Of a stretch of DNA of 64,000 nucleotides, positions 1 to 9,836 are shown one piece after another. Origin of the DNA: a bacterium. Lineage in GTDB: Bacteria > Vulcanimicrobiota > JABDET01. The DNA is taken from contig JAJYZB010000003.1 in the NCBI GenBank assembly GCA_021800275.1, forward strand, positions 680 to 64,679. The letters are read 5' to 3'. Position numbers and translations under genes: made by a program. The notes below the pieces were generated by a model. It searched no databases. It was not told the DNA's origin and worked only from the letters and a program-made list of their open reading frames with translations. Every line of letters starts with the position of its first letter. The stretch's first letter is position 1.

Positions 1-284
1 GCGCTGGCATAAGTATGGACAGCGCATTGAGCATTCGGATAGCTGTTCTGCAGCCAGTTGACAATATTGCCCTGTGAGGACGCACCACCGCATCCTGCCA
101 AAGCACCTGCTGCCATTCCAACAGCTAAGAGACTGCCGGCGACTCTCCCTTTTTTGCCGTGAATAACTTTGTCAATAAGGGATCCATTTTTTTGAGTCTT
201 AGAAGATGGCTCTAAAACTGCCTGACTTCCATTTTCAGGCTGAAGGCGCGATAAGCGGGGTGAAGTTCCATGGTGTATTTTCAT
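1..284 (-). CDS. hypothetical protein, 5' part only (continues past window start); internal lipoprotein-like signal
   Basis: ATG at 284..282 (minus) with AGGAGG about 9 nt upstream; frame stays open to position 1; contains KKGRVAGSLLAVGMAAGALAGC, which looks like an n-region/h-region/lipobox (LAGC), so the true start may lie further downstream. Confidence 0.4.
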   Translation of the reverse strand, partial: MKIHHGTSPRLSRLQPENGSQAVLEPSSKTQKNGSLIDKVIHGKKGRVAGSLLAVGMAAGALAGCGGASSQGNIVNWLQNSYPNAQCAVHTYAS

Positions 285-323
285 TGATTTAAACCTCCTA
301 AAATATGAATAAAACCAGAATGG

Positions 324-656
324 TCAACCATTTCTCTGAACATCCATTCCGCCCATGATCCCTAACATTGCCCCTTTAGCAATTCCTTGAAGGGCAGCAT
401 TAACTACTTTTGCAGTATTGGCATCAAGAGTATCCTTATTACTGCCATCAGCTTGATTTACTGAAGAAGCGAGATCCCTTGTAAGCACATTCATTAAATC
501 TTTAGTGTACTGTCCTAAAGTGGCGCTGTCAACTCCCAGCATTTCGTTTGCAAACTGCAACTCCTGCTGAGGAAGTGTTTTCATCAAAATCTGCTCAGCA
601 TCTGCCAAAGACTGGCCTGCCTGAACCGTCGGTAAAGTAATTAGCTGTAATGCCAT
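324..656 (-). CDS. hypothetical protein
   Basis: ORF 324..707; internal ATG at 656 preceded by GGAGAG about 9 nt upstream is the more plausible start (MALQLITLPTV...); no recognisable family motif. Confidence 0.4.
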   Translation of the reverse strand: MALQLITLPTVQAGQSLADAEQILMKTLPQQELQFANEMLGVDSATLGQYTKDLMNVLTRDLASSVNQADGSNKDTLDANTAKVVNAALQGIAKGAMLGIMGGMDVQRNG

Positions 657-843
657 GATTGTATCTCTCCTTTTTATTTTTTTTGCTGCGTATTTCTCTG
701 GCAGCATTAACTAACCAGAGTATAAAAGAGAAAGAAGAGGAAGTCAATGAACAAATTGTTACCATGGGGACAAACAATTTTATTTCTGCTCTAACAAGCA
801 AGGGGAAAATCTATTTAAAATCGAAGGATTAAAAATCATAAAG

Positions 844-1314
844 TTGGATCCACATTTGATCAAAAAAAAAGCGGTTCGAATTAGGGTGGCTGGGGTTCTT
901 TCAGATCAGGGGAAAGTTCTTCTGGTTCAGCACGAAAAAAACGGACATGAATACTGGCTGCTTCCAGGAGGTGGAGTTAATTTTGGAGAGACCCTGGAGA
1001 AAGCTCTGGAACGAGAGTTTATTGAAGAAACAAGTTTGAGAGTTCAAGTTCAACGGCCCATTCTAGTTAGTGAGGTAGTTGCCCCAGATAAATCTCGCCA
1101 TGGACTTCACCTGGTTTTCATTGTGAAGCAGATTTCTGGAAAGCTGAAAGTCGTGCCAGATAAAAGGCTCCGGTCAGCCTGTTTTACGCCATGGCCAGAA
1201 ATACCCAAACTAACTTTTTTCCCCGATATTGCAAACCAGCTTTATACTCTTTATCGGAAACAATTCCCAGCGACCGTAAAATTCACTGGAAATATTTGGA
1301 TGCCAGGAACTTGA
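844..1314 (+). CDS. NUDIX family hydrolase
   Basis: Nudix box GGGVNFGETLEKALEREFIEETSL (GX5EX7REUXEEXGU pattern). The track start is a TTG, so the exact start is uncertain. Confidence 0.75.
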   Translation: MDPHLIKKKAVRIRVAGVLSDQGKVLLVQHEKNGHEYWLLPGGGVNFGETLEKALEREFIEETSLRVQVQRPILVSEVVAPDKSRHGLHLVFIVKQISGKLKVVPDKRLRSACFTPWPEIPKLTFFPDIANQLYTLYRKQFPATVKFTGNIWMPGT

Positions 1315-1363
1315 AACACGGTTTTTGCAAATGTATTTTTGCCGATACGCAAGTCATTCTCTT

Positions 1364-2569
1364 TTAAAAAGAATGACGATTACAAGCAGACGCCAGACTT
1401 CTTCTATCCATTAACTCTAATTTATGCTCTAAAACCCATCTAATAAAAGCTTCATTCATTTTTGGAATTTGAAGCAATAGCTTATCTAACTCTCGCTCTG
1501 AAGAATGGAAACAGGTGCCAATTTCGACTGTAAAATTAAAGATCCCATTGGCCTGTTCATAATCTTCTGAGGAGCCAGTGGTCGGATAAAGTCCAATAGA
1601 TTGATGAAGTTTGAAATTCGCTCCTCCAGTTTTTTTTAAGGCTCTTCCTGCTTCTAAATATTCTCTTACATTTTCTGTTTTTTCTTTTGTGTAGCCCCAT
1701 GGGTAAAGGATTTCATTCCCATAGCTGTGGTGATCAATGATGCCAATCAAATTTTTATGATCGGCTATAAAATTTTGCAGGGCTTTTATTTCAGGTTCTG
1801 AGGCTCCATAAGGACCCCTGTAGTCTTCATCTTTAGGATTGTCAGAAGCGCCCGAAACTATTTTAGCAGAAGAGGATCCTGCTGATATGCGAAATATTTC
1901 CTGGTGCTTTGGATCCCAAAAGTTTCTGTTCAAATCAACTCCAAAGCCTATGACTTTCTGCTTCTGTTCAGAATCTTTTCCAATTCCAGCATTTTGATAA
2001 ATCACAGCCCTGTTCTTTCTCCAGAAGCTGTCAATGGTTCGCGAATAATCGTATCCCTCAGGATTTACCACTGGAATAAACCAAATTTCAGTCTGTTTAA
2101 TAAATCTTGTTAACTCTAAGTTTTTCCCATACCCTTCCAACAGGTTGACTGCTGTCTGCATGGTAACTCTCCCAGTTGCCCATTCTCTGGCATGAATTAA
2201 TCCCGTAAAAAGCACAGCCGGTTTTTTTAAGGAATCCTTTGAGACGTTATCAGTAATCCTTAAGGCATATAAAGGAGTCCCATTGACTGCCTTTCCATAT
2301 TCTACCATTTTGACAAGGGAGGGGTATTTTTTTTCTAACTCACTCATTTGCCGCACATAGTCACTGTAAACTGGGTACAATGAGACACATTTCAATCTCA
2401 AATTTGACGGGATATGAACTGGTTCACTCGTTTTTTGTTCAGTACAGTCTACAGAAATCTTGTTTTTTCGCGCAGCAGATAACAAATTAGATCCGCTCTG
2501 TTTCCTAATAGGGCATTCATGGTTGTAAATCGAAAAAACAGGGTTAACACTTCCTAGCTTATCTATCAT
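1364..2569 (-). CDS. M14 family zinc carboxypeptidase (possibly a cytoplasmic peptidoglycan-peptide carboxypeptidase type)
   Basis: Zinc-binding HxxE motif LIHAREWATG and second His ligand region HSYGNEILYPWGY typical of carboxypeptidase A-like M14 enzymes; no obvious N-terminal signal peptide. Confidence 0.7.
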   Translation of the reverse strand: MIDKLGSVNPVFSIYNHECPIRKQSGSNLLSAARKNKISVDCTEQKTSEPVHIPSNLRLKCVSLYPVYSDYVRQMSELEKKYPSLVKMVEYGKAVNGTPLYALRITDNVSKDSLKKPAVLFTGLIHAREWATGRVTMQTAVNLLEGYGKNLELTRFIKQTEIWFIPVVNPEGYDYSRTIDSFWRKNRAVIYQNAGIGKDSEQKQKVIGFGVDLNRNFWDPKHQEIFRISAGSSSAKIVSGASDNPKDEDYRGPYGASEPEIKALQNFIADHKNLIGIIDHHSYGNEILYPWGYTKEKTENVREYLEAGRALKKTGGANFKLHQSIGLYPTTGSSEDYEQANGIFNFTVEIGTCFHSSERELDKLLLQIPKMNEAFIRWVLEHKLELMDRRSLASACNRHSF

Positions 2570-2686
2570 AACACAATGACTCTCCTCTAAGCTAAATTGT
2601 AAAATAATTCAAGCGGAAAAGCAATAAAAAAATTTTGCCGACTTGTAAATTTTTGCGACACCTTTTAGACAAATCTTCTGCAGCCT

Positions 2687-3802
2687 TTACAAAATCAACA
2701 TCGCATCGCCAAAACTGTAAAAACGATAGTGCAAACGAATCGCTTCTTTATAGGCATCAAGAATTTTTTCATGCCCTGCAAAAGCAGAGACCAGCATCAA
2801 AAGGGTGGATTTAGGAAGATGAAAATTGGTGATCAAGGAATCCACCTGTTTAAATTCAAACCCTGGATAAATAAATAAATTTGTAAATCCGCTCCCAGCA
2901 GAAATCTCTCCAAATGGGAAATTCTCGAGAACCCGGCAGGCAGTGGTTCCAACGGCTGCGATTCGCTTCCCTTCCTGTTTTCCCTGATTGATCTGTTCAG
3001 CAGCAGATTTAGAAATCGAATACCATTCTTTTTCCATTTGATGGTCTAGGATGTTTTCGGAATGCACAGGTCTGAATGTCCCCCATCCGATATGAAGCGT
3101 AATTTCGGAAAAGTTAACCCCTTCTGCTTTCAATTCTTCCATCAAATCTTCTGTAAAATGAAGTCCTGCTGTAGGAGCAGCCACAGAGCCCTCTTCCCGA
3201 GAATAAATCGTCTGATATTCTTCAGGAGAAGAGTTTGACTGATTAATATAAGGGGGAAGTGGAACCTCCCCAACAACAGGAAGGAGATCTCGAATGTTGT
3301 CACATCCTGAAAACTGAACAATTCTAGTTCCATTCCCATTTCGAGCGACCACTTCAGCCGATATTGGGGTCAGAGCAGCCCTTTTTTCTTCGCTTAAAGC
3401 TTGACCTCTAGAACTTATCGGCAGAGAAGAATCGGACTGAGTCTTTTCATCGCCCTTACCTTCTTCATAATAAAGCAAAATTTTCGTTCCTGTTGGAAGC
3501 CTTCTCCCTGGGCGGACAAGAGTTTCCCACAAATTTTTTTCCTTCTCATTCAGCAAAAGGAGTTCTACTCTTCCGCCTGTTTCTTTTCTGCCAAAAACCC
3601 TTGCAGGCATAACCCTCGTATTGTTTAACACCAGGAGATCTTTTGGGGAAAGATAATTTCCAATATTTCTAAAAACATCATGTTCAATACTCCCTGTCTT
3701 TCGATCCAAAATTAAAAGCCTGCAGGAATCTCTGGGTTGAACAGGGTTCTGAGCAACCAATTCAGGAGGAAGAAAATAATCATAATCCGACAGTTTTAAC
3801 AT
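2687..3802 (-). CDS. queA: S-adenosylmethionine:tRNA ribosyltransferase-isomerase
   Basis: N-terminus MLKLSDYDYFLPPELVAQNPVQPRDSCRLLILDRKTG and C-terminal FHLPKSTLLMLVSAF are typical QueA; about 25-aa low-complexity insertion (EEGKGDEKTQSDSS...) relative to canonical length. Confidence 0.85.
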   Translation of the reverse strand: MLKLSDYDYFLPPELVAQNPVQPRDSCRLLILDRKTGSIEHDVFRNIGNYLSPKDLLVLNNTRVMPARVFGRKETGGRVELLLLNEKEKNLWETLVRPGRRLPTGTKILLYYEEGKGDEKTQSDSSLPISSRGQALSEEKRAALTPISAEVVARNGNGTRIVQFSGCDNIRDLLPVVGEVPLPPYINQSNSSPEEYQTIYSREEGSVAAPTAGLHFTEDLMEELKAEGVNFSEITLHIGWGTFRPVHSENILDHQMEKEWYSISKSAAEQINQGKQEGKRIAAVGTTACRVLENFPFGEISAGSGFTNLFIYPGFEFKQVDSLITNFHLPKSTLLMLVSAFAGHEKILDAYKEAIRLHYRFYSFGDAMLIL

Positions 3803-4069
3803 GACCTGAGTTTATTTCGATTTCAAAGAGCTTGCTTCCAGAGAAAGGCTTTTCTTCCGACAAAAAAGTCAACTGATACAGGAAGTCCTGGTCTAAAAGG
3901 ACTGGTTTTATCCATCATCATATTCATGAATCAAAAATTCTTTCAAACACTGTTTACCCCTTCAAGCGGCTCATCCATGTTGAAAAAAATTCACTTGAGT
4001 CTAACCCTTTCAAAAAAGCAAAATGAAAAGGCTTAAATACGCATCTGGCGAAATCACTGGATATAGCCT

Positions 4070-5050
4070 ATGATCTTAAACATAAAAACCAGCACAAACA
4101 AAAAGGCAGAATGCGAATCCCTGGAGAGTTCTCCTCTGGCAAAAGTAGGGAACACTCCTCTTTTTAAGATTTCCAATATCCTAACCCCTATCCCTATTTT
4201 TGCTAAAGCTGAATGGTTCAATCCTGGCGGAAGTGTCAAAGACAGAGCAGCTCTGAACATGATCCTGAAAGGGGAAGAATCCGAAAAACTAAAACCAGGC
4301 AAGATCATTTTAGACGCGACCTCTGGAAACACAGGAATCGCTTATGCCTGGATCGGAGCGGCAAAAGGGTACCCTGTCAAACTCTGTGTTCCAGGCAGCA
4401 TCAGTGTTTCAAGAAAAAAGATCCTTCTCTCTTATGGGGCAGAACTCATCTTCACAAATCCTCAGGAAATGATTGATGGAGCCATACAAAAAGCAAAAGA
4501 GATTTATCATCAAAATCCTGACCTTTACTTTTATCCAGATCAGTACAGCAACTCGGCTAACTGGCAGGCGCATTATGAAACAACAGCAAAAGAAATCTGG
4601 GAACAAACCTCTGGAAAAATAACCCACTTTATCGCAGGATTAGGAACCAGTGGAACTTTCATTGGAACTGCCAGAAGGTTAAAAAAATTAAATCCTAAGA
4701 TTTGCTGCATTTCTGTTCAGCCTGACTCTAGTTTCCATGGGATGGAAGGATTAAAGAACATGGCATCTTCATTAGTCCCTTCAATTTATGATGAAAGGAT
4801 CGCAGACAAAAACTTATTTATTTCTTCAGAAAAAGCCTATTCTTGGGTTCGAGAACTGGCTAAGAAAGAAGGGCTTCTGGTTGGACCCTCTTCAGGAGGA
4901 GCTTTTGCAGCAGCAAAAGAAGTAGCAGTGGAACTGGAAAAGGAAAAATCTAATAGTGCATTAATTGTTACTGTTTTCCCTGATTCAGGGGAAAAGTATT
5001 TAGAAGAAGATTTTTGGAATGAGGAGGAAAAAAATGACTGCAGTGATTAA
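4070..5050 (+). CDS. cysteine synthase family PLP enzyme (CysM/CysK-like; candidate thiocarboxylate-dependent synthase)
   Basis: PLP-lysine motif GGSVKDRAA, glycine loop GNTGIA and overall fold-type II beta-replacement enzyme features; clustered with a JAMM protease and a ThiS-E1-rhodanese gene. Confidence 0.8.
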   Translation: MILNIKTSTNKKAECESLESSPLAKVGNTPLFKISNILTPIPIFAKAEWFNPGGSVKDRAALNMILKGEESEKLKPGKIILDATSGNTGIAYAWIGAAKGYPVKLCVPGSISVSRKKILLSYGAELIFTNPQEMIDGAIQKAKEIYHQNPDLYFYPDQYSNSANWQAHYETTAKEIWEQTSGKITHFIAGLGTSGTFIGTARRLKKLNPKICCISVQPDSSFHGMEGLKNMASSLVPSIYDERIADKNLFISSEKAYSWVRELAKKEGLLVGPSSGGAFAAAKEVAVELEKEKSNSALIVTVFPDSGEKYLEEDFWNEEEKNDCSD

Positions 5051-6347
5051 ATCCAATTTACCTGGTCCTAAGTCAAAAGAACTTCTGACAAAAAAGGAAT
5101 CATACGTTCCAGAGGCTATGGGGGCAATGGCTCCTTTCATGATCGCAAAAGGAGAAGGAGCATGGATTACAGATGTGGATGGAAACCGCTTTTTAGATTT
5201 AACAGGTGGATGGGGGTGCTTAAATGTGGGACACGCCCACCCAAAAGTTGTGAAAGCGGTTCAAGATCAGGCCTCTAAATTTCTGCATACAGATTACAGT
5301 GTTGTCAGCTATGATGTTTATGCCGAACTCGCGGAAAAATTAATCAAAGCATCCCCAGGACCCACTTCTAAAAAAACGGCTTTTTTCAACTGCGGCGCAG
5401 AAGCCGTAGAAAATGCTGTCAAAATTTCTCGCTCTTACACCAAACGAGGAGCAGTTCTTGTTTTTGAAGGGGCATTTCACGGACGAACTCTTTTAACCAT
5501 GACTATGACACATAAGGCAAAACCATATAAATATCATTATGGTCCTTTTGCTCCTGACATCTATCGAGCTCCTTATCCCAATCCTTACAGAAATCCCATG
5601 AGTTTCCGTGAACTGGAAAAAAAGATTCTGTCTCTGGTTAATGCGGATGAGTTAGCTTGTGTGGTGATTGAAGCCATTCAAGGAGAAGGTGGATTTGTGG
5701 TTCCTATGGATGACCTCCTTCCTGGACTCCGAAAATTCACAAAAGAAAATGGAATTATGCTGGTCGTAGATGAAGTACAGGCAGGAATGGGAAGAACCGG
5801 AAAATTTTTTGCCTATGAACATTGGAATATTGAACCTGATTTAGTGGTCATTGGAAAATCTCTTGCCTCAGGACTGCCTTTAAGTGGAGTGCTTGGAAAA
5901 AAGGAGATTTTAGATGCCATGCCTGACAGCTCAATTGGAGGGACTTATGTTGGAAATCCAGTCTGCTGTGCAGCAGGGATGGCAGTCATGGATGTCATTC
6001 AAGAAGAAAAACTCCTTGAAAAAGCCAGTAAGCTTGGTTCCCTTATGAAAAACCGCTTCAGCGTGATCCAGGAAAAGTGCGCTCTTGTTGGAGATGTTCG
6101 TGGAATTGGAGCCATGGTTGCCATGGAATTTGTCAAAGATCGAAAAACAAAAGAACCCGCCACAGAAGAAACAGCAAAAATAGCAAAAGAAGCTCTTGCC
6201 AACGGAGTCCTTTTAGCAAAAGCAGGAATCTATGGGAATGTCATCCGTATGTTAATCCCTCTGGTTATCAACGAGAAAGATTTAAATTTCGGTCTGGATG
6301 TGCTTCAAAAAGCGGTAGAAAAAATCACATCGCAGCATCAGGCATGA
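5034..6347 (+). CDS. class III aminotransferase, 4-aminobutyrate aminotransferase (GabT) family
   Basis: Colinear similarity to GabT (GGWGCLNVGHAHPKVV, CGAEAVENAVKI, VIEAIQGEGGF, DEVQAGMGRTGKFFA, LIPL). ATG at 5034 preceded by AGGAGG; the track start at 5019 is probably an over-extension and overlaps the end of the upstream gene. Confidence 0.8.
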   Translation: MTAVIKSNLPGPKSKELLTKKESYVPEAMGAMAPFMIAKGEGAWITDVDGNRFLDLTGGWGCLNVGHAHPKVVKAVQDQASKFLHTDYSVVSYDVYAELAEKLIKASPGPTSKKTAFFNCGAEAVENAVKISRSYTKRGAVLVFEGAFHGRTLLTMTMTHKAKPYKYHYGPFAPDIYRAPYPNPYRNPMSFRELEKKILSLVNADELACVVIEAIQGEGGFVVPMDDLLPGLRKFTKENGIMLVVDEVQAGMGRTGKFFAYEHWNIEPDLVVIGKSLASGLPLSGVLGKKEILDAMPDSSIGGTYVGNPVCCAAGMAVMDVIQEEKLLEKASKLGSLMKNRFSVIQEKCALVGDVRGIGAMVAMEFVKDRKTKEPATEETAKIAKEALANGVLLAKAGIYGNVIRMLIPLVINEKDLNFGLDVLQKAVEKITSQHQA

Positions 6348-6381
6348 AACTAAACTCAAGGAACAGAGTTAAAGAACATCC

Positions 6382-6861
6382 ATGGTGATCATGTCTCCTA
6401 AAAATCTGCAGTTGAGTCATGAAGCTGTCAGTTCCATGATTTCCCACGCTGAAACTGGATACCCTTATGAGATCTGTGGAGCTCTTTTGGGAAATGACAA
6501 AGATAAGGATCGTCTTATTGCAGAAACATTCCCTTTAGCTAATATGAAGGAGAACCAAAGAGAAACCCGATACCTCATTTCTCCTGATTCAGTTTTCCTG
6601 GCAGAAAAAGAAGCCAAACAAAAAGGGCTGGAACTTTTAGGCTTTTATCATTCACATCCTGACCATCCATCCATGCCTTCAGAGTATGATAAAGAACATG
6701 CCTTCCCCTGGTATTCTTATCTTATTTTATCTGTTGAAAAAGGAAAATTTCAGAAACTGACAGCTTGGGAACTAAAAGAAGACAGAAGCATGTTTATGCC
6801 CTGCACAATAAAAGGAAAAAATGATGGATTCGACGAAATCTTACAAAAAAGTCATGATTAA
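6382..6861 (+). CDS. JAMM/MPN+ family metalloprotease (Mec+/QbsD-like)
   Basis: Exact JAMM motif HSHPDHPSMPSEYD (HxHx7Sx2D) plus upstream Glu (YEICGALLG); lies between the cysteine-synthase gene and the ThiS-E1 fusion gene. Confidence 0.8.
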   Translation: MVIMSPKNLQLSHEAVSSMISHAETGYPYEICGALLGNDKDKDRLIAETFPLANMKENQRETRYLISPDSVFLAEKEAKQKGLELLGFYHSHPDHPSMPSEYDKEHAFPWYSYLILSVEKGKFQKLTAWELKEDRSMFMPCTIKGKNDGFDEILQKSHD

Positions 6862-6912
6862 AAAAAATTAAAACAAAACTAAACTCTGTTTGTAAAACTA
6901 AGGAGGAATTAA

Positions 6913-8370
6913 ATGGCAGTAAAAGTCTTCATCCCAACCCCCCTCCGCCCCTACACCAATCAAAAAGATGTGGTAGAAGTGGAAGGCAGAACGGTTGCAG
7001 AAGCTCTCCAAAAACTAACCGCTTCTTATCAGGATTTAAAAAAACATCTTTATACAGAGGATGGGAAGCTCAGGAGTTTTGTCAATATTTATGTCAACGA
7101 TCAGGACATCCGACATCTTAAAAAAGAAAAAACTCCATTATCAGGAGAAGAAACGGTTCATATTGTCCCTTCGATTGCTGGAGGCTCTCAAAATTCAAAT
7201 GGACATAACAGCGCTGCTCAAACCCTAGAAACCCCGCTTTCTAAAGATGAAATGCAGCGGTACTCACGCCATTTAATCATGCCTGAAGTCGGAATTGAAG
7301 GTCAAACAAAACTAAAAATGGCAAAGGTTTTGTGTATTGGAGCAGGAGGACTTGGGGCTCCTGTAAGCCTTTATTTAGCAGCAGCCGGGGTTGGAACAAT
7401 TGGACTGGTTGACTTTGATCAAGTGGATTACACGAACCTCCAAAGACAGATCCTTTACAGCACTTCAGATGTTGGAATCCCTAAACTAAAAGCAGCTGAA
7501 GAACGATTAAAAAAATTAAATTCAGAAATCCTAATTAACACGCATGAAACAAAGCTGACCTCTGAAAATGCCCTGAAACTCTTCCGTGATTATGATGTCA
7601 TTGTGGATGGAACAGATAATTTTCCCACACGGTATCTGGTCAATGATGCTTGTGTGTTAACTGGAAAGCCAAATGTGTATGGAAGCATTTTCAGATTTGA
7701 AGGTCAGGTCTCAGTTTTTGATGCTGAAAAAGGTCCCTGCTACCGCTGCCTTTATTCAGAACCTCCTCCCCCAGGACTTGTTCCATCCTGCGCAGAAGGA
7801 GGAGTTCTTGGAGTTCTGCCTGGAGTCATTGGATCTTTCCAGGCCCTCGAATCTCTAAAATTAATTTTAGGAATTGGAGAACCTCTTATTGGCAGATTAA
7901 TTTTGTTTGATGGTCTAAATTTTAAAATCCGAGAGATGAAATTGAAAAAAGATCCAAACTGTCCTATTTGCGGAAAAGAGCCAAAAATTAAAAAACTCAT
8001 TGATTATGACCAATTCTGCGGAATAAAAAAGGAGGAAGAAAAAATGGAGTATGAAATTGACATTGAATTAGAGGAATTTAAACATCTTAGAGATCAGAAA
8101 GTCGATCACATTTTAATAGATGTGAGAGAAAAATGGGAATGGGAGTTATGCTGTTTCCCTGAAGCCTTACACATTCCTCTTGGGGAACTCCAGCGCCGAA
8201 TGAATGAACTGGACAAATCTAAATTCATCATCGTTCACTGCAAATCTGGGGGAAGGAGCGCCAGAGCAGTTGAACAGATGAAAAAAGCAGGGTTCGCAAA
8301 AGTTAAAAACTTAAAAGGTGGAATCAATGGGTGGGCTGAGAAGATCGATCCATCTGTTCCCAAATATTAA
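6913..8370 (+). CDS. sulfur-carrier (MoaD/ThiS-like beta-grasp, ending GlyGly) fused to MoeB/ThiF-type E1 adenylyltransferase and a C-terminal rhodanese domain (MoeZ-like)
   Basis: N-terminal ~91 aa ends ...VHIVPSIAGG (GG terminus of sulfur carriers); E1 nucleotide-binding GAGGLGAP and zinc motifs CYRC...CPIC; rhodanese active-site loop VHCKSGGRS; AGGAGG RBS before the ATG at 6913. Confidence 0.85.
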   Translation: MAVKVFIPTPLRPYTNQKDVVEVEGRTVAEALQKLTASYQDLKKHLYTEDGKLRSFVNIYVNDQDIRHLKKEKTPLSGEETVHIVPSIAGGSQNSNGHNSAAQTLETPLSKDEMQRYSRHLIMPEVGIEGQTKLKMAKVLCIGAGGLGAPVSLYLAAAGVGTIGLVDFDQVDYTNLQRQILYSTSDVGIPKLKAAEERLKKLNSEILINTHETKLTSENALKLFRDYDVIVDGTDNFPTRYLVNDACVLTGKPNVYGSIFRFEGQVSVFDAEKGPCYRCLYSEPPPPGLVPSCAEGGVLGVLPGVIGSFQALESLKLILGIGEPLIGRLILFDGLNFKIREMKLKKDPNCPICGKEPKIKKLIDYDQFCGIKKEEEKMEYEIDIELEEFKHLRDQKVDHILIDVREKWEWELCCFPEALHIPLGELQRRMNELDKSKFIIVHCKSGGRSARAVEQMKKAGFAKVKNLKGGINGWAEKIDPSVPKY

Positions 8371-8378
8371 GATCTGAC

Positions 8379-9662
8379 TCAAAACTCCATTTTGTAAAAA
8401 ACAAGTCCTGACCAGAGTTTAGGATAAAAATCAGTGGATTTATGCGGCATTTTTTCTCCTGATTCAGCCACTTTTCTGACCTGATTCGGTTTTACAGGAT
8501 TCAAGAAAAAAGCGAGCTTATGGGGATCCTCTTTAATCTCTTTCAAAACATCTTGGGGCCATCTGATATAGTTAATCCATTCATCGCTTTTTTCAGGCTG
8601 GATCTGAAGAATACGGTTAAAAATCAAAGAGTGAAGAACAAAAACGTCCAGTTCAACTAGGACCGGAGGAATTTCAGGAAACTCTTTTTTCAAATCTACA
8701 GATGTTTTCAAATTCAAAACGAAAAAGTCATCCTTGTCTGCCAACCCAAAAGAAAAACTCTGTCTTTCAATTCCCTCCAGCGCCTCCTGCAAACTGTCAA
8801 CCTTTCTCATGTCAAAATAATCAGGAAGTCTTTCCTTCAGCAGTCTCCTCTGAATTTCATTGAGATTTTTTAAAACCCGATGCGTTGGGAGTATTTTCAG
8901 CCCTTTATTCTGCAAGCTGACAAAAGTACCCAGTCTAAAATTAAAAGGGGCTGAATCATCGCTCGAAGAGCAGAAAACAGACCGCATTTCCTGCTGGTAA
9001 AGCAGACTTGTCTCATAGCGATGATGCCCATCAGCAATCAATAAATTTTTATCTTTAAAAAAATCCACAACTTGATTCAAAACTTCAGTTTTTGACAGTT
9101 TAAAAATCGAATGGGATGTGTCTGATGGATCAGTACACAAAAAAAGCGGTTCTCCCGCGCACTTTTCTAAAAATTTTTCGAGATACCGATCTGGATCATC
9201 GTATAAGAAAAAAACATGCTCAAAGTTCGTTCTGCATGTTTTCATTAATTTAAATCTGTCCTCTTTAGGTTTAGGAAAGGTCTTTTCATGCGGAAAAACT
9301 CCTTTCCCGAAAGGTTCTAGTCTCATCAAGCCAACAAGTCCTGCTCTTTCAAACCACTGCCCATAAAGTTTAAACCTCTGACGATACAAATAAAAAGATG
9401 GCTCTTTATCCTGAACTAAAACTCCTTCCTGAATCCACTTTCTCATCATTTGATCAGCCCGGGTGTAGCGGTTTTCTTTTTCAGTGTCATCACTGAAAAC
9501 TTTCCCAAAGATCAAACGCACAAAATTATAGGGACTACTGGCACAAAAGTCGTCCTGCATCTGAAGCGATATTTGATCATAAGGAGGGGCAATAACTTTG
9601 CCCATATCTTTGATCTCTTTCGTATTATAATGATACCCCTGGAATGGAATTAAACTGACCAT
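8379..9662 (-). CDS. DUF1015 family protein
   Basis: N-terminal MVSLIPFQGYHYN...KVIAPPYDQIS matches the DUF1015 signature (PF-RYN...APPYDVIS); start moved to the internal ATG at 9662. Confidence 0.6.
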   Translation of the reverse strand: MVSLIPFQGYHYNTKEIKDMGKVIAPPYDQISLQMQDDFCASSPYNFVRLIFGKVFSDDTEKENRYTRADQMMRKWIQEGVLVQDKEPSFYLYRQRFKLYGQWFERAGLVGLMRLEPFGKGVFPHEKTFPKPKEDRFKLMKTCRTNFEHVFFLYDDPDRYLEKFLEKCAGEPLFLCTDPSDTSHSIFKLSKTEVLNQVVDFFKDKNLLIADGHHRYETSLLYQQEMRSVFCSSSDDSAPFNFRLGTFVSLQNKGLKILPTHRVLKNLNEIQRRLLKERLPDYFDMRKVDSLQEALEGIERQSFSFGLADKDDFFVLNLKTSVDLKKEFPEIPPVLVELDVFVLHSLIFNRILQIQPEKSDEWINYIRWPQDVLKEIKEDPHKLAFFLNPVKPNQVRKVAESGEKMPHKSTDFYPKLWSGLVFYKMEF

Positions 9663-9836
9663 CCTCCAGAAATTTCTCAAAAAATAAAAGGTTCCTTCAA
9701 AAGGGGAAAAGGCTTCTTGGTTAGAATAAAAAGTAGTAAGAAATGATAAAGTAGCATTTCTTGTTACGAGAGGAAGACAGACACGGGGTGTCTGCTGATC
9801 CAGACCGTAATAAGCTTCAAAAGAACAGGAGCCGCC

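Noticed and set aside
595-801. Numerous short track ORFs lying antisense to, or in alternative frames of, well-supported genes (e.g. 595..801, 1904..2113, 3142..3339, 3401..3628, 4054..4332, 4213..4476, 4409..4627, 5999..6202, 6077..6388, 7673..7858, 7752..8000, 9118..9366, 11376..11558, 13416..13778, 14965..15442, 17384..17878, 18809..19186, 20090..20659, 31094..31423, 32290..33214, 35589..35852, 36771..37043, 41073..41276, 43749..44288, 45406..46171, 49226..50265, 51193..51552, 59535..59968, 62224..62826)
   Set aside because: Each is embedded in a longer ORF on the other strand or frame that has clear family-level motifs; they have no RBS or motif support and look like chance open frames in AT-rich DNA.
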